Shown piece by piece: positions 21,801 to 29,479 of a stretch of DNA of 64,000 nucleotides. Location of the stretch: the IMG/VR virus record IMGVR_UViG_3300008107_000020; one strand, given 5' to 3'. The stretch comes from a virus. Its lineage: Duplodnaviria > Caudoviricetes. Positions within the stretch are counted from its first letter, which is position 1; every line of letters begins with the position of its first letter. The notes beneath the pieces were generated by a model. The model was not told the origin of the DNA. It worked only from the letters and a program-made list of their open reading frames with translations, and ran no database searches. Made by a program: the position numbers and the translations under genes.

Positions 21801-24800
21801 TCCGATCCTGTACTACCACTTTCACCGCTTATTCCTGATGTACCGTTAGAACCTTCGTTTCCTGATGTACCATCTGATCCAGTTGAACCTGATTCACCAC
21901 TTATTCCTGAAGTTCCTGAAGAACCGTTATCACCGCTTGTACCATTTGAACCAGTTGACCCAGAGTCGCCACTTACACCCGATGTACCATTAGAACCATC
22001 ATTACCTGATGTACCATCTGAACCAGTTGAACCGCTTTCACCTGATAAACCACTTGTACCGTTAGATCCGTTATTACCTGATGTGCCATCACTACCCGTG
22101 CTACCACTTTCACCTGATACACCAGAAGTTCCACTTGAACCATTATCACCAGAAGAACCATCTGAACCAGTTGATCCCGATTCTCCACTTATACCAGAGG
22201 TTCCGTTGGAGCCATCATCACCTGAAGAACCGTTAGTTCCTGAAGAACCTGAAGCTCCGCTTTCACCATTTAAACCATTTATACCTGAAGAACCTGAAGA
22301 TCCAGTTGATCCCGAAGACCCACTTTCGCCAGATTGGCCAGATGTTCCAAATGAACCATCATTACCTGAAGAACCATCTGATCCAGAGGATCCAGACTCA
22401 CCTGATATACCAGATGTTCCAAATGAACCATCATTACCTGAAGATCCATCGCTACCTGTGGAACCAGATTCACCCGATTGACCAGATGTACCGTAAGACC
22501 CATCAGCCCCACTTGATCCATCTGACCCAGTTGATCCAGACTCACCACTTATTCCCGAAGTCCCTGAAGATCCGTCATTACCTGATGTGCCATCACTACC
22601 AGTTGAACCTGATTCTCCACTTATTCCTGAAGTTCCATTTGAACCATTATCACCGCTACTACCATCACTACCAGTTGATCCAGACTCACCACTTATTCCT
22701 GAAGTCCCATTAGATCCGTCATTACCTGAAGATCCGTCTGAACCAGTTGAACCACTTTCACCTGATTGACCTGAAGTTCCGTTGGAACCATCGTTACCTG
22801 AAGACCCATCTGAACCAGTAGACCCAGATTCACCACTTATACCAGAGGTTCCAAAACTACCGTTAGCTCCTGAAGAACCGTCTGAACCAGTTGAACCTGA
22901 TTCACCACTTATACCAGAGGTTCCGTTAGAACCGTTATCACCAGAAGAACCGTTAGTTCCTGAAGAACCTGAAGCTCCGCTTTCACCATTTAAACCATTT
23001 ATACCTGAAGAACCTGAAGATCCAGTTGATCCTGAGGATCCCGATTCACCACTTTCACCTGAAGTACCAAAACTACCGTCAGCTCCTGAAGAACCATCAC
23101 TACCCGTGCTACCACTTTCACCTGATTGACCAGATGTTCCTGAAGAACCGTCATTACCTGAAGATCCGTCTGAACCTGTGCTACCACTTTCACCGCTTAT
23201 CCCTGATGTTCCAAATGAACCATCCGCTCCTGAAGAACCATCTGACCCAGTTGATCCAGACTCACCACTTATTCCTGAAGTACCATTAGATCCGTCATTA
23301 CCAGATGTACCATCTGATCCAGTAGACCCAGATTCACCTGATTGGCCAGAGGTTCCAAATGAACCGTCAGCCCCACTTGATCCATCGGATCCTGAAGACC
23401 CAGATTCACCTGATTGGCCAGAGGTTCCAAATGAACCGTCAGCCCCACTTGATCCATCGGATCCTGTAGAACCAGATTCACCTGATTGGCCAGAAGTACC
23501 AAAAGATCCATCATTACCTGAAGAACCTGAAGATCCAGTTGATCCCGATTCTCCACTTATTCCTGAAGTTCCATTAGATCCGTCATTACCTGAAGATCCG
23601 TCTGAACCTGTGCTACCACTTTCACCACTTATTCCTGAAGTCCCATTTGAGCCATTATCGCCTGATGTACCATCTGAACCAGTTGATCCTGACTCGCCAG
23701 ATTGGCCAGAAGTACCAAAAGATCCATCATTACCTGAAGACCCATCTGATCCAGTAGACCCAGATTCACCCGATTGACCAGAGGTTCCAAATGAACCATC
23801 ATTACCTGAAGACCCATCTGAACCTGTGCTACCGCTTTCACCCGATTGACCAGAAGTACCATTTGATCCGTCATTACCTGAAGAACCATTGGATCCGTTT
23901 GATCCCGATTCACCACTTATTCCTGAAGTTCCATCAACACCATCAACACCATCAACACCATTTGTACCAGAAGTACCACTTTCACCTGATGTACCAGATT
24001 CACCCGATGAACCACTTTCACCAGATTGGCCAGATGTACCGTTAGAACCATCCGCTCCTGAAGAACCATCTGAACCAGTAGACCCAGATTCACCACTTAT
24101 ACCAGAGGTTCCTGAAGAACCGTCATTACCACTACTACCATCACTACCAGTTGAACCAGATTCCCCTGAAGTCCCGTTAACGCCTGTTGTACCAGAATCA
24201 CCGTCCGAACCGTTAGTTCCTGAAGAACCTGAAGCTCCGCTTTCACCATTTAAACCATTTATACCTGAAGAACCTGAAGACCCAGTTGATCCTGAAGACC
24301 CACTTTCGCCAGATTCACCTGAAGTTCCATTTGAACCATTATCACCACTACTACCATCACTACCTGTACTACCACTTTCTCCACTTACCCCTGAAGTTCC
24401 TGAAGAACCATCATTACCTGATGATCCATCTGATCCTGTACTACCGCTTTCACCACTTATACCTGAAGTTCCGTTGGAACCATCGTTACCGCTTTCACCT
24501 GATGTACCATTACTGCCTGATTCACCAGAAATACCTGAAGTACCAAAACTACCATCATTACCACTTGACCCATCTGATCCTGTTGATCCCGATTCACCAC
24601 TTATACCAGAGGTTCCGTTAGAACCACTTTCTCCACTTATTCCTGAAGTTCCTGAAGAACCATCATTACCACTAGATCCGTCAGACCCTGTTGAACCTGA
24701 TTCACCAGAAATACCTGAAGTACCAAAACTACCGTCAGCTCCTGAAGAACCATCTGATCCTGTTGACCCAGATTCACCAGAAATACCAGAAGTTCCATTG

Positions 24801-25560
24801 GAACCATCGGCACCACTTTCACCTGAAGTACCAGTTGACCCTGATTCACCTGAAACACCTGAAGTACCATTAGAACCATCGTTACCGCTTATCCCACTTG
24901 TGCCATCAACACCATCAACACCATCAATACCATTTGTACCAGAAGTACCAGATTGACCACTCGTACCATCATTTCCTGTGCTACCAGATTCACCTGATAT
25001 ACCTGATGTTCCATTTGAACCATCCGCTCCTGAAGAACCATCTGAACCAGTACTACCAGATTCACCACTTACTCCTGAAGTCCCTGAAGATCCGTCATTA
25101 CCTGATGTGCCATCACTACCAGTTGAACCTGATTCACCACTTATACCAGAGGTTCCGTTGGAACCATCTGCTCCTGAAGAACCGTCAGAGCCAGTTGAAC
25201 CACTTTCTCCACTTATTCCTGAAGTTCCTGAAGAACCATCATTACCACTTTCACCTGATGTGCCATTACTACCACTTTCTCCACTTAAACCTGAGGTTCC
25301 GTTACTACCATCATTACCCGATGTACCATCTGATCCTGTTGACCCAGATTCGCCAGACATCCCCGAAGTTCCGTTGGAGCCATCGGCACCGCTTTCACCT
25401 GAAGTACCAGTGCTACCTGATTCACCACTTATCCCTGAAGTTCCTGAAGAACCATCATTACCACTACTACCATCACTACCATTACTACCTGATTCTCCAG
25501 AAACACCAGATGTACCATCAGAACCACTCAAACCCGAATAACCTGAAGTACCAGCTGTAC
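9050..25560 (-). repeat. About 16.5 kb coding tripeptide repeat in three compositional zones
   Basis: About 25560-21430: acidic unbroken Gly-X-Y, about 24-aa unit GTSGISGESGSTGSDGSSGNDGS(F/N/S). About 21430-12870: (G/A)-X-S with GLSQLS, GLSRLS and ALSKSS inserts. 12860-9050: Asn-richer GTNG/GNNG. Synonymous codons vary between units. Confidence 0.95.
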
Positions 25561-25897
25561 CAGAAGTACCTGTTAATAAAGGTGAATATGAATATTCACC
25601 AGTAGCTGCATTAAACGACACAAAATAGTTCGGTGAACTATTTTCGGTCATTCCTGTAACAAATAACTCATTTAAAATATAAACACCCTTAAGATCTTGG
25701 GTGTTTTCCCACTGTCCAGTGGTATCGTTCCAAACTAAAATGTCCCCTTCATTGGGGCCACTAATTACAACGTCAGATAGATCATCTATTCCAAGATTTT
25801 CTATAACGTCTTTTATATTTTGGAAGTTAGCATCTAATTCCGCATAGGATAGTGCCCTTCCTAGATCGTCTCTAAGATAAATTGTTACTGTTGCCAT
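12848..25897 (-). CDS. N-terminal part (4349 aa) of the giant Gly-X-Ser repeat fibre protein
   Basis: Phage fibre-like N-terminus (YLRDDLGRALSYAELDANF), then more than 4200 aa of tripeptide repeat. It ends abruptly in SIRFK* at a frameshift. Confidence 0.85.
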   Translation of the reverse strand: MATVTIYLRDDLGRALSYAELDANFQNIKDVIENLGIDDLSDVVISGPNEGDILVWNDTTGQWENTQDLKGVYILNELFVTGMTENSSPNYFVSFNAATGEYSYSPLLTGTSGTAGTSGYSGLSGSDGTSGVSGESGSNGSDGSSGNDGSSGTSGISGESGSTGTSGESGADGSNGTSGMSGESGSTGSDGTSGNDGSNGTSGLSGESGSNGTSGESGNDGSSGTSGISGESGSTGSDGSSGADGSNGTSGISGESGSTGSDGTSGNDGSSGTSGVSGESGSTGSDGSSGADGSNGTSGISGESGSTGNDGTSGQSGTSGTNGIDGVDGVDGTSGISGNDGSNGTSGVSGESGSTGTSGESGADGSNGTSGISGESGSTGSDGSSGADGSFGTSGISGESGSTGSDGSSGNDGSSGTSGISGESGSNGTSGISGESGSTGSDGSSGNDGSFGTSGISGESGSNGTSGESGNDGSNGTSGISGESGSTGSDGSSGNDGSSGTSGVSGESGSTGSDGSSGDNGSNGTSGESGESGSSGSTGSSGSSGINGLNGESGASGSSGTNGSDGDSGTTGVNGTSGESGSTGSDGSSGNDGSSGTSGISGESGSTGSDGSSGADGSNGTSGQSGESGSSGESGTSGESGTSGTNGVDGVDGVDGTSGISGESGSNGSNGSSGNDGSNGTSGQSGESGSTGSDGSSGNDGSFGTSGQSGESGSTGSDGSSGNDGSFGTSGQSGESGSTGSDGTSGDNGSNGTSGISGESGSTGSDGSSGNDGSNGTSGISGESGSTGSSGSSGNDGSFGTSGQSGESGSTGSDGSSGADGSFGTSGQSGESGSSGSDGSSGADGSFGTSGQSGESGSTGSDGTSGNDGSNGTSGISGESGSTGSDGSSGADGSFGTSGISGESGSTGSDGSSGNDGSSGTSGQSGESGSTGSDGSSGADGSFGTSGESGESGSSGSTGSSGSSGINGLNGESGASGSSGTNGSSGDNGSNGTSGISGESGSTGSDGSSGANGSFGTSGISGESGSTGSDGSSGNDGSNGTSGQSGESGSTGSDGSSGNDGSNGTSGISGESGSTGSDGSSGDNGSNGTSGISGESGSTGSDGTSGNDGSSGTSGISGESGSTGSDGSSGADGSYGTSGQSGESGSTGSDGSSGNDGSFGTSGISGESGSSGSDGSSGNDGSFGTSGQSGESGSSGSTGSSGSSGINGLNGESGASGSSGTNGSSGDDGSNGTSGISGESGSTGSDGSSGDNGSSGTSGVSGESGSTGSDGTSGNNGSNGTSGLSGESGSTGSDGTSGNDGSNGTSGVSGDSGSTGSNGTSGDNGSSGTSGISGESGSTGSDGTSGNEGSNGTSGISGESGSTGSDGTSGDNGSSGTSGISGESGSTGSDGSSGNDGSFGTSGQSGESGSTGSDGTSGDGGSFGTSGESGESGSSGSTGSSGSSGINGLNGESGASGSSGTNGSSGDNGSTGTSGSSGASGSTGTSGSSGDSASSGTAGSSGTSGSNGSSGESGSSGSAASSGSSATSGTIGTSGLAANSGSSATSGSSATSGSSGTNGASSNSGLSETSGSSGSSGTNGTTGVAGQSRLSFSSGSSGSSGTSGTGGNSGASASSGSSATSGTVGTSGLSASSGSAGSSATSGTSGSTGSAGSSGASATSGTSASSGSSATSGTNGTSGLSSNSGSSATSGSSATSGTSGSSGLSASSGSSATSGSSATSGTAGSSGVSSTSGTSASSGSSATSGTNGTSGLSSNSGSSATSGTSATSGTTGTSGLAGSSKTSGSSGSSGTSGSSGVDGADGISAISATSGSSGSTGTNGTGGLSSNSGSSGTSGSSATSGTVGSSGLSSSSGSSATSGTSGSTGSNGSSGASASSGTSASSGSSATSGTNGTSGLAANSGSSGSAGSSGTSATSGSSGTSGSSGASASSGTSASSGSSATSGTNGTSGLASNSGSSASSGSSATSGTAGSSGLSASSGSSASSGTSGTSGSAGSSGASASSGTSASSGSSATSGTNGTSGLSSNSGSSATSGSSATSGTSGSSGLSASSGSSATSGTSGSAGSAGSSGLSASSGTSASSGSSATSGTNGTSGLAANSGSSATSGSSATSGTSGSSGSSASSGTAGSSGNSNSSGSSGSSGSSATSGTAGTSGLSSNSGSSATSGSSATSGTAGSSGLSASSGSSATSGTSGSSGSVGSSGASASSGTSASSGSSATSGTNGTSGLSALSGSSATSGSSATSGTAGSSGLSASSGSSATSGTSGSSGTAGASGASASSGTSASSGSSATSGTNGTSGLSANSGSSATSGSSATSGSAGSSGLSASSGSSATSGTAGSTGTSGSSGASASSATSGTAGSSATSGTNGTSGLSANSGSSASSGSSATSGTAGSSGLSASSGSSATSGTSGSTGSNGSSGASASSGTSASSGSSATSGTNGTSGLSSNSGSSGTSASSGTSGTTGTVGSSANSGSSGSAGSSATSGTSGSTGSAGSSGASASSGTSASSGSSATSGTVGTSGLSQLSGSSGSAGTSATSGTSGSSGSSGSAGTDGASALSKSSGTSGSSGSSGSTGTNGTSGLAANSGSSATSGSSATSGTTGTSGSSALSSSAGSSGSSATSGTAGSSGLSALSASSGTSASSGSTGSNGTSGLAANSGSSATSGSSATSGTAGTSGLSQLSGSSGSAGTSATSGTSGSSGSSGSAGTDGASALSKSSGTSGSSGSTGTAGTNGASANSGSSATSGSSATSGTAGTSGLSQLSGSAGSAGSSATSGTSGSSGSSGSAGTSGQSANSGSSATSGSSATSGTVGTSGLSRLSGSSATAGTSGTSGTDGQSATSDTSGTSGSSGSTGTSGTDGQSALSKSSGTSGSSGSSGSAGTNGASANSGSSATSGSSATSGTAGTSGLSQLSGSSGSAGTSATSGTSGSSGSSGSAGTDGASALSKSSGTSGSSGSSGSTGTNGTSGNAGNSGLSATSGSSATSGTTGTSGTNGASANSGSSGTSASSGTTGTTGTSGSSNNSGSAGTSGSSGSSGTSGTVGASANSGSSGSSGSSATSGTAGTNGLSQLSGSSGSAGTSATSGTSGSSGSSGSAGTDGASALSRSSGTSGSSGSTGTNGTNGASANSGSSATSGSSATSGTAGTSGLSQLSGSSGSAGSSASSGTTGTSGTAGNSGLSQLSGSSASSGSSGTNGTSGLSRSSGSSGTSGSSGTNGTDGASALSRSSGTSGSSGSTGTNGTNGASANSGSSGSAGTSATSGTAGTSGLSQLSGSAGSSGSSATSGTSGSSALSGSAGSAGSSATSGTSGSSGLSASSGSAGTSASSGSTGTNGTSGLSANSGSSATSGSSATSGTAGTNGLSQLSGSSGSAGTSATSGTSGSSGSSGSSGTDGASALSRSSGTSGSSGSTGTNGTNGASANSGSSATSGSSATSGTAGTSGLSQLSGSAGSAGSSATSGTSGSSGSAGTSGQSANSGSSATSGSSATSGTVGTSGLSRLSGSSATAGTSGTSGTDGQSALSDTSGTSGSSGSTGTSGTDGQSGLSRSSGTSGSSGSTGSNGTNGASANSGSSATSGSSATSGTVGTSGLSQLSGSSGSAGTSATSGTSGSSGSSGSAGTDGASALSKSSGTSGSSGSSGSTGTNGTSGLAANSGSSGTSASSGTSGTTGTVGSSALSSSSGSSGSSGSSATSGTAGSSGLSGSAGSSATSGTSGSTGSNGTSGASANSGSSATSGSSATSGTAGTSGLGRLSGSSATAGTSGTSGTDGVSATSDTSGTSGSSGSTGTSGTDGQSSLSRSSGTSGSSGSTGTNGTNGASANSGSSATSGSSATSGTVGTSGLSQLSGSSGSAGSSATSGTSGSSGSSASSGSAGTSGQSANSGSSGTSASSGSTGTNGTAGLSGLSQLSGSSASSGSSGTTGTAGTNGLSRLSGSSATAGTSGTSGTDGVSATSDTSGTSGSAGSTGTSGTDGQSGLSRSSGSSGTSGSSGSTGTNGTSGNAGNSGLSSTSGSSATSGTTGTNGTNGASANAGSSGSSGSSATSGTAGTSGSSNNSGSAGTSGSSGSTGTNGTNGASANAGSSGTSASSGTTGTAGTNGLSQLSGSSGSAGTSATSGTSGSSGSAATSGLSANSGSSATSGSSGSTGTNGTSGQSANSGSSGSAGSSATSGTVGTSGLSRLSGSSGSSATSGTSGSSGTAGASGLSQLSGSSASSGSSGTNGTSGLSRSSGSSGTSGSSGTNGTDGASALSRSSGTSGSSGSTGTAGTIGSSNNSGSAGTSGSSATSGTVGTSGLAANSGLSVTSGTSGTSGSSGSKGTDGTAGVSGASASSGTSASSATSGTAGTSIRFK

Positions 25898-25964
25898 TTA
25901 TATATGTTAGTTTAAACTACTAACATATAAATAGTATCAAATACTAATAAGGCAACAGTAACAA
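25882..25964 (-). promoter_or_regulatory. Multi-stem RNA structure occluding the fibre start codon, overlapping a TATTTATA motif
   Basis: 14-bp perfect stem 25882-25895/25951-25964, 10-bp stem 25901-25910/25920-25929, 6-bp stem 25932-25937/25941-25946. TATTTATA on the minus strand at 25933-25926. Confidence 0.7.
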
Positions 25965-25984
25965 CGTTTTTTTTTACTATTTTT

Positions 25985-28450
25985 TTATTCTGTGATGTTA
26001 ACGTTTATTTTTTCACTCTTAATATTATAAGTTAAACTTATTTTACCAGATTTAGGCATTTGTTTACGTAACATTTCGTCTGAAATCGGGTCCTCTACAT
26101 ATTTCTGTATGGTTCTTTGGATTTCCCTAGCCCCGTATAGTTTATTAAAACCTTTTTCCAAAATAAATTCTTTAGATTTTTTATCAATTTTAAATGTAAA
26201 CCCAACATTTTTTAAGTGATTTTCAAAATCCTTTAATTGTAAATCAATAATTTTAACAACATCATCTTGTGTTAGATAATTAAAATAAACAATTTCATCC
26301 AAACGATTAATAAATTCTGGTTTAAAAGTTTTCTTAAGGTTTTTTTCAATAATACTTTTTGAGTTTACAATCGCATCCGCTTCAGAATCATTAAAACCGA
26401 TTTTAGTACCAAAATCTTGAACCTCTTTCAAACCGATATTTGATGTCATGATGATAATGGTATTTTTGAAATTAATTTTTCTACCGTTAGCATCGGTTAA
26501 ATAACCCTCATCAAGTAATTGAAGCATAACATTGAAAATATCTGGGTGAGCCTTTTCAATCTCATCAAATAAAACCAAAGAATATGGTTTATTTTTAACT
26601 TTCTCCGTTAATTGACCACCTTCGTTATACCCAACATAACCTGGGGGTGCCCCAATTAACTTACTAATATTAAATTTTTCGGAGTATTCGGACATATCGA
26701 CACGGATAATAGCATCTTGAGAACCAAAAACTTTTTCAGCTAAACATTTTGCTAATTCTGTTTTACCAACACCAGTTGGTCCAATAAATAAGAATGAACC
26801 GATTGGTTTAGATTGTTTTCTAATACCAGTTCTATTTCTTTTGATTGATGAAACAACTTTATCGATTGCATCTGATTGACCAATAACACAATTAGCCAAT
26901 TCACCATCCATTGATAATAATCTTGTTACCTCATTCTCAGAGACTTTACTAACAGGTATACCCGTCATCATTGATACTACTTCGGAGATCATATCATCCG
27001 TCACAATATTTCTTTTATCATTAATCGATAACTTCCACATTGAATTTTCTTTATCTAACTCGGTAAGAATTTTTTTCTCTTGATCACGAAGCTGCGCTGC
27101 CTGCTCAAAATTTTGGGTTTTAACAACTTGTTGTTTTTGATCCTTAATCTCTTTTAACTTAAGTTCAAGATCCTTTATTTTTTGTGGTGCCTTAACCGCC
27201 ACCTGAGTTCTTGAACCAGCCTCATCCATGATATCGATAGCCTTATCAGGGAATTCCCTGTTTGTGATATAACGATCAGCCAATGCGATAATTTCATCAA
27301 TAGCCTCTTCAGTGTATGTTACTTTATGGAAATCTTCGTATTTCTCTTTAATATTCATAAGGATTTCTTTAGTCTCACTTAAGATTGGTGGGTTAACCAT
27401 AACTTTTTGGAATCTTCTATCTAAAGCACCATCCTTTTCAATATGCTCACGATATTCATCAAGAGTTGTTGCACCAATACATTGGAGTTCTCCACGGGCT
27501 AATGCGGGTTTAAATACGTTTGCAGCGTCTAACGAACCCGATGAATTACCAGCACCAACAATTGTATGTAATTCATCAATGAAAAGAATCACATTTGGGT
27601 TATCTTTAGCCTCATCAACAATAGCTTTAATTCTCTCCTCAAACTGACCACGATATTTTGTACCAGCAACCAACGATGTCATATCTAATGTTACAACACG
27701 TTTGTTCATTAGAGGCCTTGGGCAATCACCGTTCGCAATTTTAATTGCTAAACTTTCAGCGATAGCTGTCTTACCAACACCTGGATCACCAATAAGAATC
27801 GGGTTATTTTTCTTTCTTCTTGTTAAAATTTGACAAACCCTCTCAACCTCAGATGCACGACCTATTACAGGATCTAATTTACCTTCTTGTGCTAAAACAG
27901 TTAAATCACGACCAAAATTATCTAATGTCGGTGTTTTTGATTTAATATTTTTATTTGCCTCGTTTAATGGTTTCCTATCTCTAGGTAACTCATCATCATT
28001 AGAGAATACGCTGGCTTGTGGTGTTGATAATTGTTTAATTTTCTTAGCGATAAAAGTTTTTGTTAAACCATATTCCTTAAAAAGTTTAACAATCGCATTA
28101 TCTTTTTCCATTGAGATTAGAAAGAAAAGCTCAACAGTGATGTAGTCGGTTGGCTTTTTCCTTACGATACACTCTTTAATTATTTCTTGAAGATCTGACT
28201 CAAAAGGTAAGATACCATCTTGTTTACCATTAGATGAATCGGAAAGCCTCTTATTAATGTCATTTAAGTCATTAACCATCACATCAAAATCCAATACTTT
28301 GTTTTTGACAACCTCATAAATCATATTCTCAGTAGTAAGGATACCGAATATAACATGTTGTAACCTAAGCATCGAGTCATCATACTTAATTGCCACGGAT
28401 TGCCCCCTAGTAAAGGCGCTTCTTAACTCATTTGTCATTCTTTCTTTCAT
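25985..28450 (-). CDS. clpC: ClpC-type AAA+ chaperone / Clp protease ATPase subunit
   Basis: Two AAA modules ([14 protein letters not shown]; [17 protein letters not shown]), a UVR-like coiled coil ([14 protein letters not shown]) and an IGF loop (TKIGFND). Confidence 0.9.
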   Translation of the reverse strand: MKERMTNELRSAFTRGQSVAIKYDDSMLRLQHVIFGILTTENMIYEVVKNKVLDFDVMVNDLNDINKRLSDSSNGKQDGILPFESDLQEIIKECIVRKKPTDYITVELFFLISMEKDNAIVKLFKEYGLTKTFIAKKIKQLSTPQASVFSNDDELPRDRKPLNEANKNIKSKTPTLDNFGRDLTVLAQEGKLDPVIGRASEVERVCQILTRRKKNNPILIGDPGVGKTAIAESLAIKIANGDCPRPLMNKRVVTLDMTSLVAGTKYRGQFEERIKAIVDEAKDNPNVILFIDELHTIVGAGNSSGSLDAANVFKPALARGELQCIGATTLDEYREHIEKDGALDRRFQKVMVNPPILSETKEILMNIKEKYEDFHKVTYTEEAIDEIIALADRYITNREFPDKAIDIMDEAGSRTQVAVKAPQKIKDLELKLKEIKDQKQQVVKTQNFEQAAQLRDQEKKILTELDKENSMWKLSINDKRNIVTDDMISEVVSMMTGIPVSKVSENEVTRLLSMDGELANCVIGQSDAIDKVVSSIKRNRTGIRKQSKPIGSFLFIGPTGVGKTELAKCLAEKVFGSQDAIIRVDMSEYSEKFNISKLIGAPPGYVGYNEGGQLTEKVKNKPYSLVLFDEIEKAHPDIFNVMLQLLDEGYLTDANGRKINFKNTIIIMTSNIGLKEVQDFGTKIGFNDSEADAIVNSKSIIEKNLKKTFKPEFINRLDEIVYFNYLTQDDVVKIIDLQLKDFENHLKNVGFTFKIDKKSKEFILEKGFNKLYGAREIQRTIQKYVEDPISDEMLRKQMPKSGKISLTYNIKSEKINVNITE

Positions 28451-28470
28451 GTGCGAATATATATTTTATG

Positions 28471-28518
28471 CAAAGATAGTAATAATCTTGACATAACCAA
28501 ACTTTTTTCCTACTTTTG
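28471..28518. promoter_or_regulatory. Divergent Bacteroidota-type sigma70 promoters
   Basis: Plus strand: CTTG(28487-90)-N20-TACTTTTG(28511-18). Minus strand: TTTG-N19-TATCTTTG(28478-71) upstream of clpC. Confidence 0.7.
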
Positions 28519-28533
28519 TTAAAAATAAATATT

Positions 28534-28785
28534 ATGGGGAAAACAACAATCTATTTTAAGGACGGTAATTTTATCGAATACTCCGATCAGGATGTAAACA
28601 ATGTTGTATCTATGATAAGTGGTAACCATTTAATTGTAACAACAAAGTCAACAGAAGAAACTGATAATGGGCCAGTTATCATTAATAATACAATTGTATA
28701 TGAGTTGGATAAGATAAAAAACTTTGTAAAAATAACACCAACAATAAAATTTAACATCGAAGAAGATCATGTCAGTAACAAGTAA
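28534..28785 (+). CDS. Hypothetical protein
   Basis: ORF track; the ATG at 28534 after an A-rich leader is preferred over the TTG at 28516. Confidence 0.7.
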   Translation: MGKTTIYFKDGNFIEYSDQDVNNVVSMISGNHLIVTTKSTEETDNGPVIINNTIVYELDKIKNFVKITPTIKFNIEEDHVSNK

Positions 28786-29011
28786 ACAGTATTTGGGTGA
28801 AAACGTAGTAGTTTCGTATGAAAGCTCAAATATCAAAGAAGGTAAGTACAATACAAACACTAAAAAACTACAAGTAACATTTAATAATGGTGCAATTTAT
28901 GAGTATGATGATGTGCCCCATGAAACATTTGCCGCAATGAATTTAGCTGAAAGTCAGGGTAAATATTTTAACGCTAATATAGCAAAAGCATACACCTATA
29001 GAAAAATTTAA
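28769..29011 (+). CDS. KTSC-domain protein
   Basis: SSNI...YN...LQVTFNNGAIYEYDDVP...AESQGKYFNANI. Confidence 0.9.
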   Translation: MSVTSKQYLGENVVVSYESSNIKEGKYNTNTKKLQVTFNNGAIYEYDDVPHETFAAMNLAESQGKYFNANIAKAYTYRKI

Positions 29012-29014
29012 CCT

Positions 29015-29479
29015 ATGTACGTTGATATAAGATATGAGTCAAGAGCCAACATAACCTTTCATAACATGGCTAAGGTTTCCATACGTGGTAACCAAAATTA
29101 CCTTGTTAAATGGTATTATAATGATGAGTTTTTTGGTGAAATGTTTTTAAACGGTGGAACCTGGGGAGCCTATCCGATGAATGAAATAGGGCATTGGAAA
29201 ATTGAATTTTGGCAAGAGGGTAGATTAGTCTACACTTACACCAACATGCTAGAAAAAAACAATATCTTAATATTGTTTGAAAATGACGGTAACGATTTTG
29301 GCGAATTTGCTAAAAAAGTTAAAGAATATTCAGATGACCTATCCGATAGATACGGTTGTAATACGTTTGTTTTTTTTAAAAATTCAGAATTATGTGATTT
29401 TAGTGAGCATAAAGGTATTCCATTAAGATTAAACGATGATATTAACAGTTTTAAAATTATTTATAACAAAAAATTATGA
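29015..29479 (+). CDS. Hypothetical protein resembling the N-terminal beta domain of the heptosyltransferase at 5827
   Basis: By-eye similarity: ITFHNMAKVSIRG..YLVKW...W......WKIEFW..RLVY vs VHFVNGALCEIKG..YKVVF...W......WNIKVY..ELVF. Confidence 0.55.
   Translation: MYVDIRYESRANITFHNMAKVSIRGNQNYLVKWYYNDEFFGEMFLNGGTWGAYPMNEIGHWKIEFWQEGRLVYTYTNMLEKNNILILFENDGNDFGEFAKKVKEYSDDLSDRYGCNTFVFFKNSELCDFSEHKGIPLRLNDDINSFKIIYNKKL

Noticed and set aside
9050-25560. Repeat region as a CRISPR array or ice-nucleation protein
   Set aside because: There is no repeat-spacer alternation, since the repeats are synonymous-diverged coding units. The INP motif AGYGSTxTA is absent.
8991-25605. Dozens of long Pro/Glu/Val-rich plus-strand ORFs and Val/Leu/Gln-rich alternative-frame ORFs
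   Set aside because: They are shadow reading frames of the Gly-Ser-Thr codon repeat, with no initiation signals or domains.
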